Assembly (NCBI GenBank): GCA_963822585.1
Contig: CAWGIE010000007.1
Location: 160,001-224,000 of the forward strand
From: an uncultured bacterium
Lineage (GTDB): Bacteria; Auribacterota; Erginobacteria; Erginobacterales; Erginobacteraceae
Direction of reading: 5' to 3'
DNA: 64,000 nucleotides
Part shown: positions 30,935-41,162 of the stretch, in pieces
Layout of the letters: each line of letters opens with the position of its first letter
How positions within the stretch are numbered: position 1 is the stretch's first letter
Notes under the pieces: generated by a model
Told to the model about the DNA's origin: nothing
Seen by the model: the letters and a program-made list of their open reading frames with translations, nothing else
The model's database searches: none
Program-made: the position numbers and the translations under genes

Positions 30935-32089
30935 TTAGGTGGCGCCCCTCCTCCGCAGGTAAAAACCCGTATAGATAATGACGAATATCGCCGCGATTAT
31001 GCCGTATCGCACCAGCGACTGCCGGAAGACCGGTTCCGGACAGAAGCTGACGTTACTCCACCAGATCTCACGGTAATTTTCCGTGATCAGGGGCCGGAAT
31101 ACCCGCATCAGGTAAAGCTGGGCGCCCACCAGGAACCCGATCATGAGGCCCTTTTTGTAAATCGACCGGTGTCTCTTCATTGCCGCCGCCGCCGTGATCA
31201 GGACAGCCGGAAAGCTGATGAAATTGATCCGGCAAAGATCGGCCCCGCCGGTCATCAGGAAGAAGATGGAGAAAAGAAGGTAGGCCGCCAGATAGCTGTT
31301 TTTTTTCAGATACCCGATGGAGAAGGGAAGACTCATCAAAATGATGAAGATCGCCACTCCGTACACGTTGAGATATGAATGAGCGACGCGACGCCAGTGG
31401 ATAAAGAATATCCGGGCAAAATACCCCGCGTGGCTCCAGTAGCTGAAATCGGAGTTTGACTTCGGGATCAGGAGGCGCAGAAGAATGAAGAAAACCACTG
31501 GAAGAGCGGCAATTTTAACCGTCTTCCAGAGTATTTCCCGGTCCAGGAAAGAGCCTTTCTTCTTCCGGAAAAGATAATAGACCGGGATCAGGGAAAGGGC
31601 GTATTCCCTGGTGAGAACCCCCGCGGTGAGAGCAGCCAGAAAGAGAAGATCGTTCTTCCGGAAAAGAGCCGAAAATGCCAGGACCAGAACCAGGTAGTAC
31701 GTCCCGTCGATGTGGATGGGATAGAAGATGCTGAAACGGGCGTTGACCCATGAACTGAGAAAGAAGAATACCCCCAGGCTGGCTTCCAGATTGGAGCCGC
31801 CGCTATCGATCAGGAGGAAAAAGAGGAGATACGCGGAGAGGGCGCAAAGAACAGCGTTATAAAAAGCAAAGGCGGTCTCCGTCTTCATCGGGAGGAAATG
31901 CAGCAGCCAGGGGGCGAGGACCCGGTAACTGTACGGGGCGGTAGTGGTCTTCGCGTTATCGGAGATCAACTCCCGGGACATCGCGCCGTAAAATTCCGCG
32001 TCATAGCCGGTATAGGTCCGGGGCGTGATCAATTTCAGAAGAAGCAGCCCGGCAATGATAGCCCCGATAAGGGTAAGCTTAACCTTCAT
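30935..32089 (-). CDS. Polytopic membrane protein, possibly a GT-C-fold glycosyltransferase
   Basis: Many TM segments; first loop GYDAEFY..M, PYSYRVL.PWL, GVLTRE. Confidence 0.6.
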   Translation of the reverse strand: MKVKLTLIGAIIAGLLLLKLITPRTYTGYDAEFYGAMSRELISDNAKTTTAPYSYRVLAPWLLHFLPMKTETAFAFYNAVLCALSAYLLFFLLIDSGGSNLEASLGVFFFLSSWVNARFSIFYPIHIDGTYYLVLVLAFSALFRKNDLLFLAALTAGVLTREYALSLIPVYYLFRKKKGSFLDREILWKTVKIAALPVVFFILLRLLIPKSNSDFSYWSHAGYFARIFFIHWRRVAHSYLNVYGVAIFIILMSLPFSIGYLKKNSYLAAYLLFSIFFLMTGGADLCRINFISFPAVLITAAAAMKRHRSIYKKGLMIGFLVGAQLYLMRVFRPLITENYREIWWSNVSFCPEPVFRQSLVRYGIIAAIFVIIYTGFYLRRRGAT

Positions 32090-32185
32090 CTCTGATGGAA
32101 ATGATATGACGTTTATTTAACCCGTGAATTATAGTACATTATCCATTATATTTTTTCGGAGGAAAAATTACGGAGTAAAAATACT

Positions 32186-32731
32186 ATGCGGGAACGTGAA
32201 GAGACAATTTTATTCCGGGGCGAATGGCTCTCGATCAAGCGGGCCTCCTACCGGTCGGCGGCCGGGGAACCCGTTCACTGGGAAGTGGTGGAGAGGAGCA
32301 GGTCCGAGACCGTCATCATTCTCCTGGCCCGCCTGGTCCCCTCCGGGCGGGTTGTTCTCCTGCGGCAGTTCCGGGCCGGGATCAATCGACCCGTGATCGC
32401 CCTCCCCGCCGGCGTGGTCCGGCCCGGGATCGATCCCCGCGAGCAGGCTCTGAACGAACTGAGGGAAGAGACCGGTTTCACCGGAATGATCGTCGATGAA
32501 AGTCCGGGGCTGAAGATCAACCCCGCCATTCTCGACTGCGATGTCATTGTTTTCCGGATGGAAATCGACGAAGCCGCGCCGGAAAATGCCGCCCCCCGCC
32601 AGGAGCTGGAACCGGAGGAAGAGATCGAGGTTATCCTGGTGGAGCGGAAAAGGATACGGAAGTTCCTGGTCGAAGAACGGGAAAAGGGGACCGCGATTGA
32701 CATCGCCTGCTGGTTTTGCTTTTCAGTATAA
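32186..32731 (+). CDS. NUDIX hydrolase (ADP-ribose pyrophosphatase-like)
   Basis: LLRQFR, LPAG...ALNELREETG, LEPEEEIEV. Confidence 0.85.
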   Translation: MREREETILFRGEWLSIKRASYRSAAGEPVHWEVVERSRSETVIILLARLVPSGRVVLLRQFRAGINRPVIALPAGVVRPGIDPREQALNELREETGFTGMIVDESPGLKINPAILDCDVIVFRMEIDEAAPENAAPRQELEPEEEIEVILVERKRIRKFLVEEREKGTAIDIACWFCFSV

Positions 32732-32784
32732 TCAAACCGTGATAAACACGCGGATCCATATAAGGGAGATAGGCGGGGAGTGAC

Positions 32785-32876
32785 GGAGTATTGGAGTACT
32801 GGAGTGATGGAGTAGCCCGGTAAGCCGTAACCGGTTGGTCCCACTATTCCAACACTCCCGTATTCCATCACTCCCA
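32785..32876. repeat. Inverted pair of TGGAGTAY octamer patches (half copies at 1071-1107 and 35141-35180)
   Basis: GGAGTATTGGAGTACTGGAGTGATGGAGTA ... CCAACACTCCCGTATTCCATCACTCCCA. Confidence 0.8.
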
Positions 32877-32881
32877 GCTTT

Positions 32882-33502
32882 TTAGAAGTACACCACCAGG
32901 CCGGTGCGAATCTGCTGGTGGTCGAGGTTCAGGTCCTGCCTCTCGCCGCTCCCCAGATAGTCGTCGTATCGCAGTTCCGTCCGCAGCCAGCTGTACCGGT
33001 ACTCGGCCCGGACGCCGATGTGCTCGCTGATAACGAACTCGGCCCCCGCCATCGCGAAATAAATCAGGTCGTTGGAGACGCTGAGGTCGTATACCCCGCG
33101 GGCCGCGTAATAGCTCTCAATTTCGTCGGTTGGCTGGAGACGGCAGATCGCGTAGCCCAGCCCTCCTCCCCCGAAAATATAGAAACGTCCCAGGGGAAGA
33201 CCCAGACGAAGCGCCGCCGTCAGGGGGCTGATCTGAAGGGGGGAGTCGTCGAGATCCTCGTCCTTGGTCTTGATCCAGTCGGCCCCGAACTCGACCCGGA
33301 CGGCCGGGATGAAAGAGAAGAAAAAGGTGGCGCCGCCGCCGAAGACATCGTCCAGCTTGTCCTGGCCGAACGCTCCCGCCTCCCCGTTAAAATCATAGGC
33401 GTAGATGCCGTGGGCCTCGAAACCGTATGGCTGCGCGAACGAGTAAAAACTGCCGATAAAAAACAAAGTTAAAACCAGACTTATCGAGAGTGCCAGACGC
33501 AT
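32882..33502 (-). CDS. Outer-membrane beta-barrel protein
   Basis: GGAGGAGG before ATG 33502; signal peptide; amphipathic strands; terminal VVYF. Confidence 0.8.
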   Translation of the reverse strand: MRLALSISLVLTLFFIGSFYSFAQPYGFEAHGIYAYDFNGEAGAFGQDKLDDVFGGGATFFFSFIPAVRVEFGADWIKTKDEDLDDSPLQISPLTAALRLGLPLGRFYIFGGGGLGYAICRLQPTDEIESYYAARGVYDLSVSNDLIYFAMAGAEFVISEHIGVRAEYRYSWLRTELRYDDYLGSGERQDLNLDHQQIRTGLVVYF

Positions 33503-33658
33503 GTGTAACCTCCTCCGATCTGGATTATTCCTGAATGGGTAATTCGGATTACTGATTACCTTATCGATATGGTACAGATAGTACGTCAAAAAACGAGATC
33601 TGTTCAAGACAATAACCCGGCAGGGAGAAAGTTTAAAAGCCAAACCGGCATCAAAAGT

Positions 33659-33694
33659 AAAAAAGCCCCCCGATCATGGATCGGGGGGCTTTTT
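33659..33694. terminator. Intrinsic terminator (bidirectional form)
   Basis: AAAAAGCCCCCCGATC-ATG-GATCGGGGGGCTTTTT downstream of the 33713-34297 gene. Confidence 0.9.
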
Positions 33695-33712
33695 GAAAAA
33701 CCGGGGCCGGCT

Positions 33713-34297
33713 TTAGAAGTAGACGACGAAGCCGCCACGGACTTGCATGTGGTCCATCTTCCAGTCTTCTTTGTCGCCGGTTGCCTTAGTTTTCAATTCC
33801 GGCTTCAGCCAGACATAACGGAACTCACCCCGGAAGCCGATCGTCTGCTCCGGTGTAAACATCAACTCGAAACCGCCACAGGCATGGTAGGTAAAGCTAT
33901 CTTCAAGTTCGAATAAATCATCAATATTGCTTTTGGTATCCAGGCTGTTAAAACTATAGCCTGCCCCGCCACCGGCATAAATATATGCGATGTCTCCAAT
34001 TTTAGGCCCTACCCGGAGTGTGCCGGTCACCGGGATCATCTGTACATAATCATCATCCGTGTCCTTTCCCTTGGGGCGTATATAATCGCCGCCCAGGTCC
34101 AGCTTGACGAATTCTCCCAGGCAGAAGACCAATGACGCGCCCCCGCCCCAGCCATTTTCGAGTTCAGCAAAGTCATCGCTGTAATTAAAACCGTACAGGC
34201 CGTGGAACTCGAACCCGGCCTGCGGCTGGGCCTTGGCCACGGTGCAGAGGAAAAGCACCAGGGCGGCCCCCATCAGACACGCTGTCCATTTCTTCAT
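33713..34297 (-). CDS. Outer-membrane beta-barrel protein (paralogue of 32882-33502)
   Basis: Signal peptide; GFEFHG.Y, Y.GGG.GY, R.EFRY.WL; terminal VVYF; GGAGG RBS. Confidence 0.85.
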   Translation of the reverse strand: MKKWTACLMGAALVLFLCTVAKAQPQAGFEFHGLYGFNYSDDFAELENGWGGGASLVFCLGEFVKLDLGGDYIRPKGKDTDDDYVQMIPVTGTLRVGPKIGDIAYIYAGGGAGYSFNSLDTKSNIDDLFELEDSFTYHACGGFELMFTPEQTIGFRGEFRYVWLKPELKTKATGDKEDWKMDHMQVRGGFVVYF

Positions 34298-34391
34298 CTC
34301 ATGCCCTCCTTTCCCGGTTGCCAGCTTTTCAGCTGGGATATCTTAGCCTAAAAAATTATAATTATTAATGCCGCCCGTCAAGATAATTCAA

Positions 34392-34988
34392 TCAAAACGC
34401 CACCCGGGGCGCTGTCTCGGCGCCGGTGGCCGCTTCAAAATATTCCTTGGGCGTGCTCAGCCCCCGCATGCCGGCCCAGAGCATTCCCGGTATTTTCCTG
34501 ATGTAGGTGTTGAAGACGCGGGCGGATTCGTTATAGCGCATCCGCTCGACCGCGATCCGGTTCTCGGTCCCTTCCAGCTGGGCCTGGAGTGTCTGAAAAT
34601 TCTCGTTGGCTTTCAGCTGGGGATAGTTTTCCACCGTGACCAGAAGACGGGAGAGCGCGGAACCCAGGCTGTCCTGGGCGGCCTGGAACTGTCCGAACGC
34701 CTGGGGATCGTTCAGCATTTCCGGGGTCACCTTGATCTGGCTCACCTTGGCCCGGGCCTCGGTCACGGCGGTGTAGGTCTCCTTCTCGAACCCCGCCACT
34801 CCCTTCACCGTCTCGACCAGGTTCGGGATCAGGTCAAACCGCCGCTGGTATTGATTCTCGACCTGGGCCCAGGCCGCGGCCACCTGCTCGTCCAGCGTTA
34901 CCACCTTATTCAGTCCGCCGACCACGATCGCGATCCCGATCAGCACGATCAAGACAATGATCACAACCGCAATAATCAATCCTTTCAT
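34392..34988 (-). CDS. lemA: LemA family protein
   Basis: QYQRR.DLIPNLV.TVKG, ENYPQLKA, LEGTENRIAVER..YN. Confidence 0.95.
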   Translation of the reverse strand: MKGLIIAVVIIVLIVLIGIAIVVGGLNKVVTLDEQVAAAWAQVENQYQRRFDLIPNLVETVKGVAGFEKETYTAVTEARAKVSQIKVTPEMLNDPQAFGQFQAAQDSLGSALSRLLVTVENYPQLKANENFQTLQAQLEGTENRIAVERMRYNESARVFNTYIRKIPGMLWAGMRGLSTPKEYFEAATGAETAPRVAF

Positions 34989-35245
34989 CTCAACCTCCAG
35001 ATTAGTACCTGTACTACTCAATAACTATTATTGTAACCACGAAGGACACGAAGATCACGAAGTAAGAAAAAAATAATAGAGTTTTATATTGGACGATAAA
35101 ATGGTGATTTTTCCACATAGCCGGGAGAAGCAGACCAAGTTCCCATTACTCCATCACTACAGTACTCCAACACTCCACTATTTCTTATATATTCGTTGTA
35201 ACCTTCGTGTCCTTCGTGTTCTTCGTGGTTCAATCACTCTCTTTC

Positions 35246-36043
35246 TTACCATCCCCCGCTGGCGCCGCCGCCGCCGCTCATGCCGCCGCCGAAGCCGCCG
35301 CCGCCGCCGCCGAAGCCGCCGCTGAAACCGCCCGTGCCGCCGCCGGTCCAGAAGCCGCCGCTCCGGGATCCCTTACCGGAACGCCGGCCCCCCGCGCGCA
35401 AAAGCGAAAACAGAATCAACGCCAGCACCACCAGGGGAAAAATCCATCCCAGCGAAGTTTGGGAACCCTGAGAGGAGGTGGAAATCTTCTCGGGGGCGGC
35501 CGCTCCCTCAATCTCCTGGCCGGAAGCTTTGGCAATCAAGCCGATGACGGCGCGGGTCGCCTGCTCGATGCCGCCGTCAAAATCACCCCTCCGGAAAAGG
35601 GGTCGCATAATATTCCGAATAATTCCGGACGCCTGAGCATCAGTGATCGTCCCTTCCAGACCATACCCGACTTCAATCCGGGCTTGCTGGTCCTTAATAG
35701 CCACCAGGATCAGGACACCGTTGTCCTTTCCCTTGTCTCCCAGGCCGTACCGCCCGTCGGGACTTCTACCGACGTTCTGAAACAGCTTGACCGCGTACTC
35801 TTCCAGCGAAACCGGAGCGGTGGTATCAATGGTAACGACCGCGAGCGCGTCGGAGGTCTTCTTCCTGAGTTCATCGATCAGCTTGGTCAGTGATGCCTCC
35901 GTCTCGGGGGTAAGAACACCGGCGAAATCATGAACCGAGTTATACAGGGCCGGGTACTTCGGTTCCGCTCCCGCCGCCGGAAAGCCGAATAATCCAGCCG
36001 AAAGAAGTGCGACCAGAATCGTCATGTAACATCGGGTTTTCAT
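35246..36043 (-). CDS. TPM-domain (YgcG/DUF477) membrane protein
   Basis: G.KGKDNGVLIL, RIEVGYGLEG..TDA; Gly-rich tail ending GGGGASGGW. Confidence 0.92.
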   Translation of the reverse strand: MKTRCYMTILVALLSAGLFGFPAAGAEPKYPALYNSVHDFAGVLTPETEASLTKLIDELRKKTSDALAVVTIDTTAPVSLEEYAVKLFQNVGRSPDGRYGLGDKGKDNGVLILVAIKDQQARIEVGYGLEGTITDAQASGIIRNIMRPLFRRGDFDGGIEQATRAVIGLIAKASGQEIEGAAAPEKISTSSQGSQTSLGWIFPLVVLALILFSLLRAGGRRSGKGSRSGGFWTGGGTGGFSGGFGGGGGGFGGGMSGGGGASGGW

Positions 36044-36789
36044 ATCGCGTCGATCGCTCTCGCCAGTTTCACAAGCTGGATGAGATACTTCTCCAAATAT
36101 ACCTCGACGTCTTCTCCCTCGATCTTTTCGTCATCCCGCCTGTCTTGCCGGATGGCCAGAAAAACTCCCTCTTCCAGATCGAACGACGCCGCCACTTTTT
36201 TAAGGATCTCCTCTTTCCTTCGGGGCGGCTCTTCGCCCCGCAAGCGGAGCACGTTCCGGAAGATCGGCATCAGGCTGGAGAGTGATCTCTTGAGGAGCGA
36301 CTCGACGCCGCCTTTCTCCAGGCCGATTTCCAGATAGGCCTGCCGGATCCGGACCAGCTTGCCCTTGACCTGCTCCTCACACTGATGGCGGAGGTTCTTG
36401 ATGTTGACCTCAATCCCGGAGAGAAAATCTTCCCCGTAGAGAAGTCGATGATTCTCTTTCATCTCCAGAAACTCCACCGGAAAAACGTCGGACGAAGTCT
36501 CAATGTAAAAACGGGTGAGAAAAAGCGGAGCGGGTATCCGGTCCCGGATCCCTTCCCGGATCAGCCGAAGGCTTTTTTTCAGGACGGGAAGATCAACCGA
36601 TTCGCAGATCAGCAACAGATTGATATCGGAGCTCTTCTCCGAATATTCTTCACCGGATGCGCTCCCGTAGACGGCCGCCGACAGGAGGTTTTCTTTCTGG
36701 ATTTCGATCATCTTCTCCAAGTAGGGCCGCACTTTCCGGGCGACCGCCTCCGGCAGTTTGTCGAGGTTGAGCAATTCTTTCATCATCAA
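36040..36789 (-). CDS. Nucleotidyltransferase-fold protein
   Basis: VYGSA.G......SDINLL, SSDVFPVEFLEM....LLYGED. Confidence 0.8.
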   Translation of the reverse strand: MMMKELLNLDKLPEAVARKVRPYLEKMIEIQKENLLSAAVYGSASGEEYSEKSSDINLLLICESVDLPVLKKSLRLIREGIRDRIPAPLFLTRFYIETSSDVFPVEFLEMKENHRLLYGEDFLSGIEVNIKNLRHQCEEQVKGKLVRIRQAYLEIGLEKGGVESLLKRSLSSLMPIFRNVLRLRGEEPPRRKEEILKKVAASFDLEEGVFLAIRQDRRDDEKIEGEDVEVYLEKYLIQLVKLARAIDAI

Positions 36790-37039
36790 CGCCTCTTATA
36801 AGTTAGCTCATTTCGTTCACAACTTGGGGAATAAAGGTTGCGGTTATGCGGCTCGGATCGGTTGCGGGGAACGGTTGCGGGACCAAGCGGCCGCAAGCCA
36901 TCTCCGTTCATCGTTACGAGCGGCGCAACCGTTCAACGACCGCTGTTTTCCGAATTTATTGTCCCGATTCATTTATGCAAAAATTTTGTTCTCGGGATTC
37001 CGAATGGTTATCTATTATTTTTTCGGAGAAAAAATAATA

Positions 37040-38353
37040 TTAATCTTCTCTGGTAAGCTTCAGCTTTCGGGCCAGCCAGGGCGTCGATAAGGCCTGGACG
37101 AGCAAAGTGACGAGGATGGCCATGAAAACAATGGCCTGAACGAATTGATTGTAGATTGCGCCCCAGTTGCCCGGGAATCCGAGGGAGATTGAGGCGAGAG
37201 AGCCGGCCAAGGCAGCCGGCATGACCCCGGTCTCCCTTACCCAACTCAGGAAGAGCCGCTCCTTGGCTGTCCATCGGTTTTTCCGGTCGAGGCCGCAGAA
37301 GAAAAAAATAACCGCCGGGCGGCTGATAAAGATAAAACCGGCCAGAAGCAGCAGCCCGGGCAACAGGTAGGACTTGACCGCCGAAAAATCGATCTGGCTG
37401 CCGAGGATAACAAAGATCATCATCCGGCAGATCAGGGCCAGGTCCACGCTGAATATCTCGATTTCCGGTCCTTCCTCCCCGTCGATCCCCATCGGGAGCA
37501 GTTCCCGGCAGTTCCGCAGAAAGACGCCGGCCAGAAAGGCGGCCAGGAAACCACTCCCTCCCCACCGTTCGGAGAGGGTATACGCGCCGATCGCGATCGG
37601 GATGGTCAGGATGTCGGCGGAATTCCGCAGGAAGCCGACGTGGCGTTGGGAGACCATGAGTCCGGCCAGGATGCCGATCCCGGCTCCGACCCCGCAGCCG
37701 ATGGCCAGTTGGGTGCAAAAGCCCCCGACCGCCGAGAAAAGGCTGATGGTACCCTGCTGCAGAAAGGTCACGATGGTGATGAAGATAATGGCGCCGGTGG
37801 TATCGTTGAAGGCCGATTCGCTTTCGATCACCACTTCCAGCCGTTCCTTGAGACGGACCTGATGGAGGATCGGGATCAGGGTGGCCGGGTCGGTCGGGGC
37901 GAGGATAACCCCCAGCAGGAGGGCGGCCGCCCAGGGGAGGACCGGGAATATGAGCCGGGCGAAAGCGCCGACCAGGAAGGTGGAAAGAAGCACGCCGGCG
38001 ATCGCGAGAAGAGTTATGATCCAGGCGTAGCGCGCGATGGACTTCAGACTCAGGCCCAGGCCGCCCTGGAAGAGAATATAGGAAGCCCCGAAGGTGACGA
38101 CCATTTGATTGGCGATGGAGGACTGCCTGATCGGGACCCAGAGGGGGACCGTCGGGCTCAGGAAGACTCCGGCCAGCAGGAATAGAATGACATCGGGGAT
38201 CTTCAGCCAGATCGAAAGCTGTTCCGCGACCAGGGCCGCCGCCAGAATGATGGTTATGTCACTGAAGGCGGTCAGGATAAAGGCGCCGGTAGAGGCAGGG
38301 GCGGCCCCGGTGATGGTGTGCAACATGCCGTTAAAAAACGGGATCATATCCAT
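37040..38353 (-). CDS. CPA1/NhaP-type cation:proton antiporter
   Basis: ILFQGG, PTDPATLIP, ESAFND, RETGVMPAAL. Confidence 0.9.
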   Translation of the reverse strand: MDMIPFFNGMLHTITGAAPASTGAFILTAFSDITIILAAALVAEQLSIWLKIPDVILFLLAGVFLSPTVPLWVPIRQSSIANQMVVTFGASYILFQGGLGLSLKSIARYAWIITLLAIAGVLLSTFLVGAFARLIFPVLPWAAALLLGVILAPTDPATLIPILHQVRLKERLEVVIESESAFNDTTGAIIFITIVTFLQQGTISLFSAVGGFCTQLAIGCGVGAGIGILAGLMVSQRHVGFLRNSADILTIPIAIGAYTLSERWGGSGFLAAFLAGVFLRNCRELLPMGIDGEEGPEIEIFSVDLALICRMMIFVILGSQIDFSAVKSYLLPGLLLLAGFIFISRPAVIFFFCGLDRKNRWTAKERLFLSWVRETGVMPAALAGSLASISLGFPGNWGAIYNQFVQAIVFMAILVTLLVQALSTPWLARKLKLTRED

Positions 38354-38505
38354 ACTATCAGTATAACATCTTACCTTTCGTCTGGATAGAAGCTGGCCTT
38401 CACAACAATACTTATATAGTACCGCCGGGGAAAAATGAAATAAAAAACGGCTCCACCGGTTTTTTCGTGCTACATTATCCCGGCAGGCGCCTGCCGCATC
38501 CCGCC

Positions 38506-39861
38506 ATGAGCAGACAGGACAAAAACATTTGTCACAATTTCATCCCCAAACGCGTCTCCACCCTGGCGGTTCCGGTCATGCTCGGCATGATGTCCCAGGT
38601 CCTTTTAAACGTGGTCGACGCCGCCATGGTCGGCCACCTGGGGGCCTCCGCCCTGGCGGCGGTCGGACTGGGATCAATGGCCTTTCTGGTGATCGCCCTC
38701 ACCTTTGAGGCTTTGGGAACCGGCACCCAGATCCTGGTCTCCCGGCGCTGGGGGGAAAAAGACCCGGAGGCGGCCAGCGCGGTCCTCCTCAACTCCCTGG
38801 TTCTGACGTTCCCCTTCGGTCTGCTTCTGACCTCACTGGGGGTGTTGAAGGCGCTTCCATTTATCAGCTTCCTGGTCCGGGACCCGGCGGTCCTGACCAT
38901 GACCACCGATTATATAAATATCCGTTTTCTCTGCCTTTTCTTCTTCCTCGTCTTCACTTCATTTCGGGGATATTTCGACGGAGTCGGGAAGACCCGGATA
39001 CGGATGAAGTATATGATCCTGGTGGTTCTTCTCAATGTCTTTCTTAATTACCTGCTCATCTTCGGAAAATGGGGCTTTCCCCGGATGGAAGTCGCCGGCG
39101 CCGCCCTCGCCTCCACGCTCTCGGTGGTGGCGGGCTCGGTCTATATACTGGTCTGCGCGCTGCGGGACGATGTTCTCCGTCACCATCCTTTTTTCCGGCG
39201 GAATCACGTTCATTGCGAGGTCTTGAAAAAGATCATCAGCTTCTCCCTTCCCAAAGGTGGTCGAATGTTTTTCACCTTCACCTCCTTTTTAATGTTCTTG
39301 AAAATCATCGGTATGATCGGCGTGAAAGAACTGGCGGCCAGCAATATACTCTTAGCGATCCTTTCCTTTTCTTTCATGCCCGGGATGGGGATCGGAATCG
39401 CCGGCGCCACCCTGATCGGGCAGTCGCTGGGGGCCCACAAGTTCCGGGCGGCCCGGTATTTCGGCTGGGCCTCGGTACGGTTCGGTGTCCTCTTCATGGG
39501 ACTGGCCGGGGCCGGATTCATTATCTTCGCCCGGCCGATACTGGCCTTTTTTACGCCGGATAAGGCCGTTATCGGCGTGGGGATTACCCCCCTGATTATC
39601 CTGGGCGCGGTCCAGCTCTTCGACGCCGTCGGGATCGTTCTCGCCTCCTGCCTGGAAGGCGCGGGGGCGACCCCCTGGGTAATGCGGGCGGACCTGGTCA
39701 TCAACTGGCTCATCCTGCTTCCGCTGGCCTATCTTCTGGCCGTTATTCTCCACTGGGGGTTGGTCGGGGCCTGGGCCAGCATCGGGGCGGGGATGGTGAT
39801 CTACGCGCTGGTCATGGTCCTGAAGTTCAGGTCCGACAGCTGGATGAATATCCCCGCGTAA
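38506..39861 (+). CDS. MATE-family efflux transporter
   Basis: LA.P......VVD.AMVG.LG..ALAAVG, N..LNY.LIFG..GFP......GAA.AS; start at ATG 38506. Confidence 0.92.
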   Translation: MSRQDKNICHNFIPKRVSTLAVPVMLGMMSQVLLNVVDAAMVGHLGASALAAVGLGSMAFLVIALTFEALGTGTQILVSRRWGEKDPEAASAVLLNSLVLTFPFGLLLTSLGVLKALPFISFLVRDPAVLTMTTDYINIRFLCLFFFLVFTSFRGYFDGVGKTRIRMKYMILVVLLNVFLNYLLIFGKWGFPRMEVAGAALASTLSVVAGSVYILVCALRDDVLRHHPFFRRNHVHCEVLKKIISFSLPKGGRMFFTFTSFLMFLKIIGMIGVKELAASNILLAILSFSFMPGMGIGIAGATLIGQSLGAHKFRAARYFGWASVRFGVLFMGLAGAGFIIFARPILAFFTPDKAVIGVGITPLIILGAVQLFDAVGIVLASCLEGAGATPWVMRADLVINWLILLPLAYLLAVILHWGLVGAWASIGAGMVIYALVMVLKFRSDSWMNIPA

Positions 39862-40022
39862 TTTTTACATCGTGATAATTATGCCCTGAATATTAGCCGG
39901 CCTTCTTCGTCAAAGTGGGGGACAAAAGAATATTTTTGACTGTGCGCCTTCTTCGTGGCACTATTTTGATACGCGCGGCGATGAAAAACCGCGTTCAACA
40001 ATAATAAAGGGAGGAAATCTCT

Positions 40023-41162
40023 ATGAAAGCAGGGAGAATCGTATTTCCGCTGGCCTGCTTTATCTGCAGTGCCGTTCTGCCGCTCTTCGGACAGGGAGTA
40101 AACGAAGAAACGGCGGATGAACAGCCGATGCTCCGGGCGGCGATCTTCGTGCAGAACCGGGCGGGGGCGGCTTATGAGGACAAGATCGACGTCCTCAACG
40201 ACCTGATCACCGCCCGCCTGACGGAGAAAGGATTCTCCGTCCTCGACAAACAGTACGTGGCGGAACGGTTCCGGGAAGCGCGGGACCGTAACGCCGAAAT
40301 GAAGAAGACGATCGAAGCCCTGACCGGCGGGGAAGTCGACTTCACCCTCGACGACGCGCTCAAGGATGCCTCTGCCCTGCGCCTGGCCCAGATGGTCGGG
40401 GCGGATTACATTATCGTCGCCACCATTACCTCGATCGGGCATACCGAAAAGACGTTCACCGGGCAGGGCACCACTTACGGGGTCAATAATAAGGTCACCG
40501 ACTACACTGCCCGGGTGGGGCTCCGGGTCCTGGAAGCGGCCCGGGGCGGCTCCGTTTACGGAGATGTTATCAAGGCCTCCGAACGTATTCCGGAGACGGA
40601 CAATTTAAAGGTCGTCTCTTCGGACATTATCGACAACCTGCTCGACGCCGCCTCCGGCGAGATCGCCGACAACATCGGCAGACGGATGAAGCAGATCGAG
40701 ATGGCAAAAGCGGCCCAGCCCGGCGCCGTCCCTTTCAAGGTGAGCATCAACGGGGTCGAGGGCGCCACGATCGAGCTTGACGGGGCCGCGATCGGCGCCT
40801 CCGGAACGGAACCGGCTGAATTATACGCCCTGCCCGGCATTCATTCCATGAGGGTCACCCGGGAATGGTTCGATCCCTGGGAAAAGCCGGTCAATATCCA
40901 GGCCGATCAGACCCTCACCGTCGCCCTCGAACTTTCCGATGCCGGGATCGCCCGGTTTAAGGACCTGGAAGGGTTCAAGACGGCCATGGCCATCGCGAAA
41001 GAAAAGAGCGCCGCCGACGCTTATGCGAAGCGTTTGATCGCTGAGGGTGAAAAGAAGCGGCTGGAAGAAAGCTACGAAAAGATCGATACGTCAAACGTGG
41101 AGCGTCTCTCCGTGGGTGACAACACACCCCGGGTCATCGTCGAAGAAGAGGAGGCCAAGTAA
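40023..41162 (+). CDS. Exported protein with CsgG/TolB-N-like domain and PEGA domain
   Basis: Signal peptide; KGFSVLD...LAQMVGADYII; GATIELDG..IG.....PG.H..RV.R..F.PW. Confidence 0.65.
   Translation: MKAGRIVFPLACFICSAVLPLFGQGVNEETADEQPMLRAAIFVQNRAGAAYEDKIDVLNDLITARLTEKGFSVLDKQYVAERFREARDRNAEMKKTIEALTGGEVDFTLDDALKDASALRLAQMVGADYIIVATITSIGHTEKTFTGQGTTYGVNNKVTDYTARVGLRVLEAARGGSVYGDVIKASERIPETDNLKVVSSDIIDNLLDAASGEIADNIGRRMKQIEMAKAAQPGAVPFKVSINGVEGATIELDGAAIGASGTEPAELYALPGIHSMRVTREWFDPWEKPVNIQADQTLTVALELSDAGIARFKDLEGFKTAMAIAKEKSAADAYAKRLIAEGEKKRLEESYEKIDTSNVERLSVGDNTPRVIVEEEEAK

Noticed and set aside
36838..36960. tRNA or known ncRNA in a GC-rich intergenic stretch
   Set aside because: No cloverleaf, T-loop or recognisable family motif; only loose CGGTTGCG repeats with one inverted copy.
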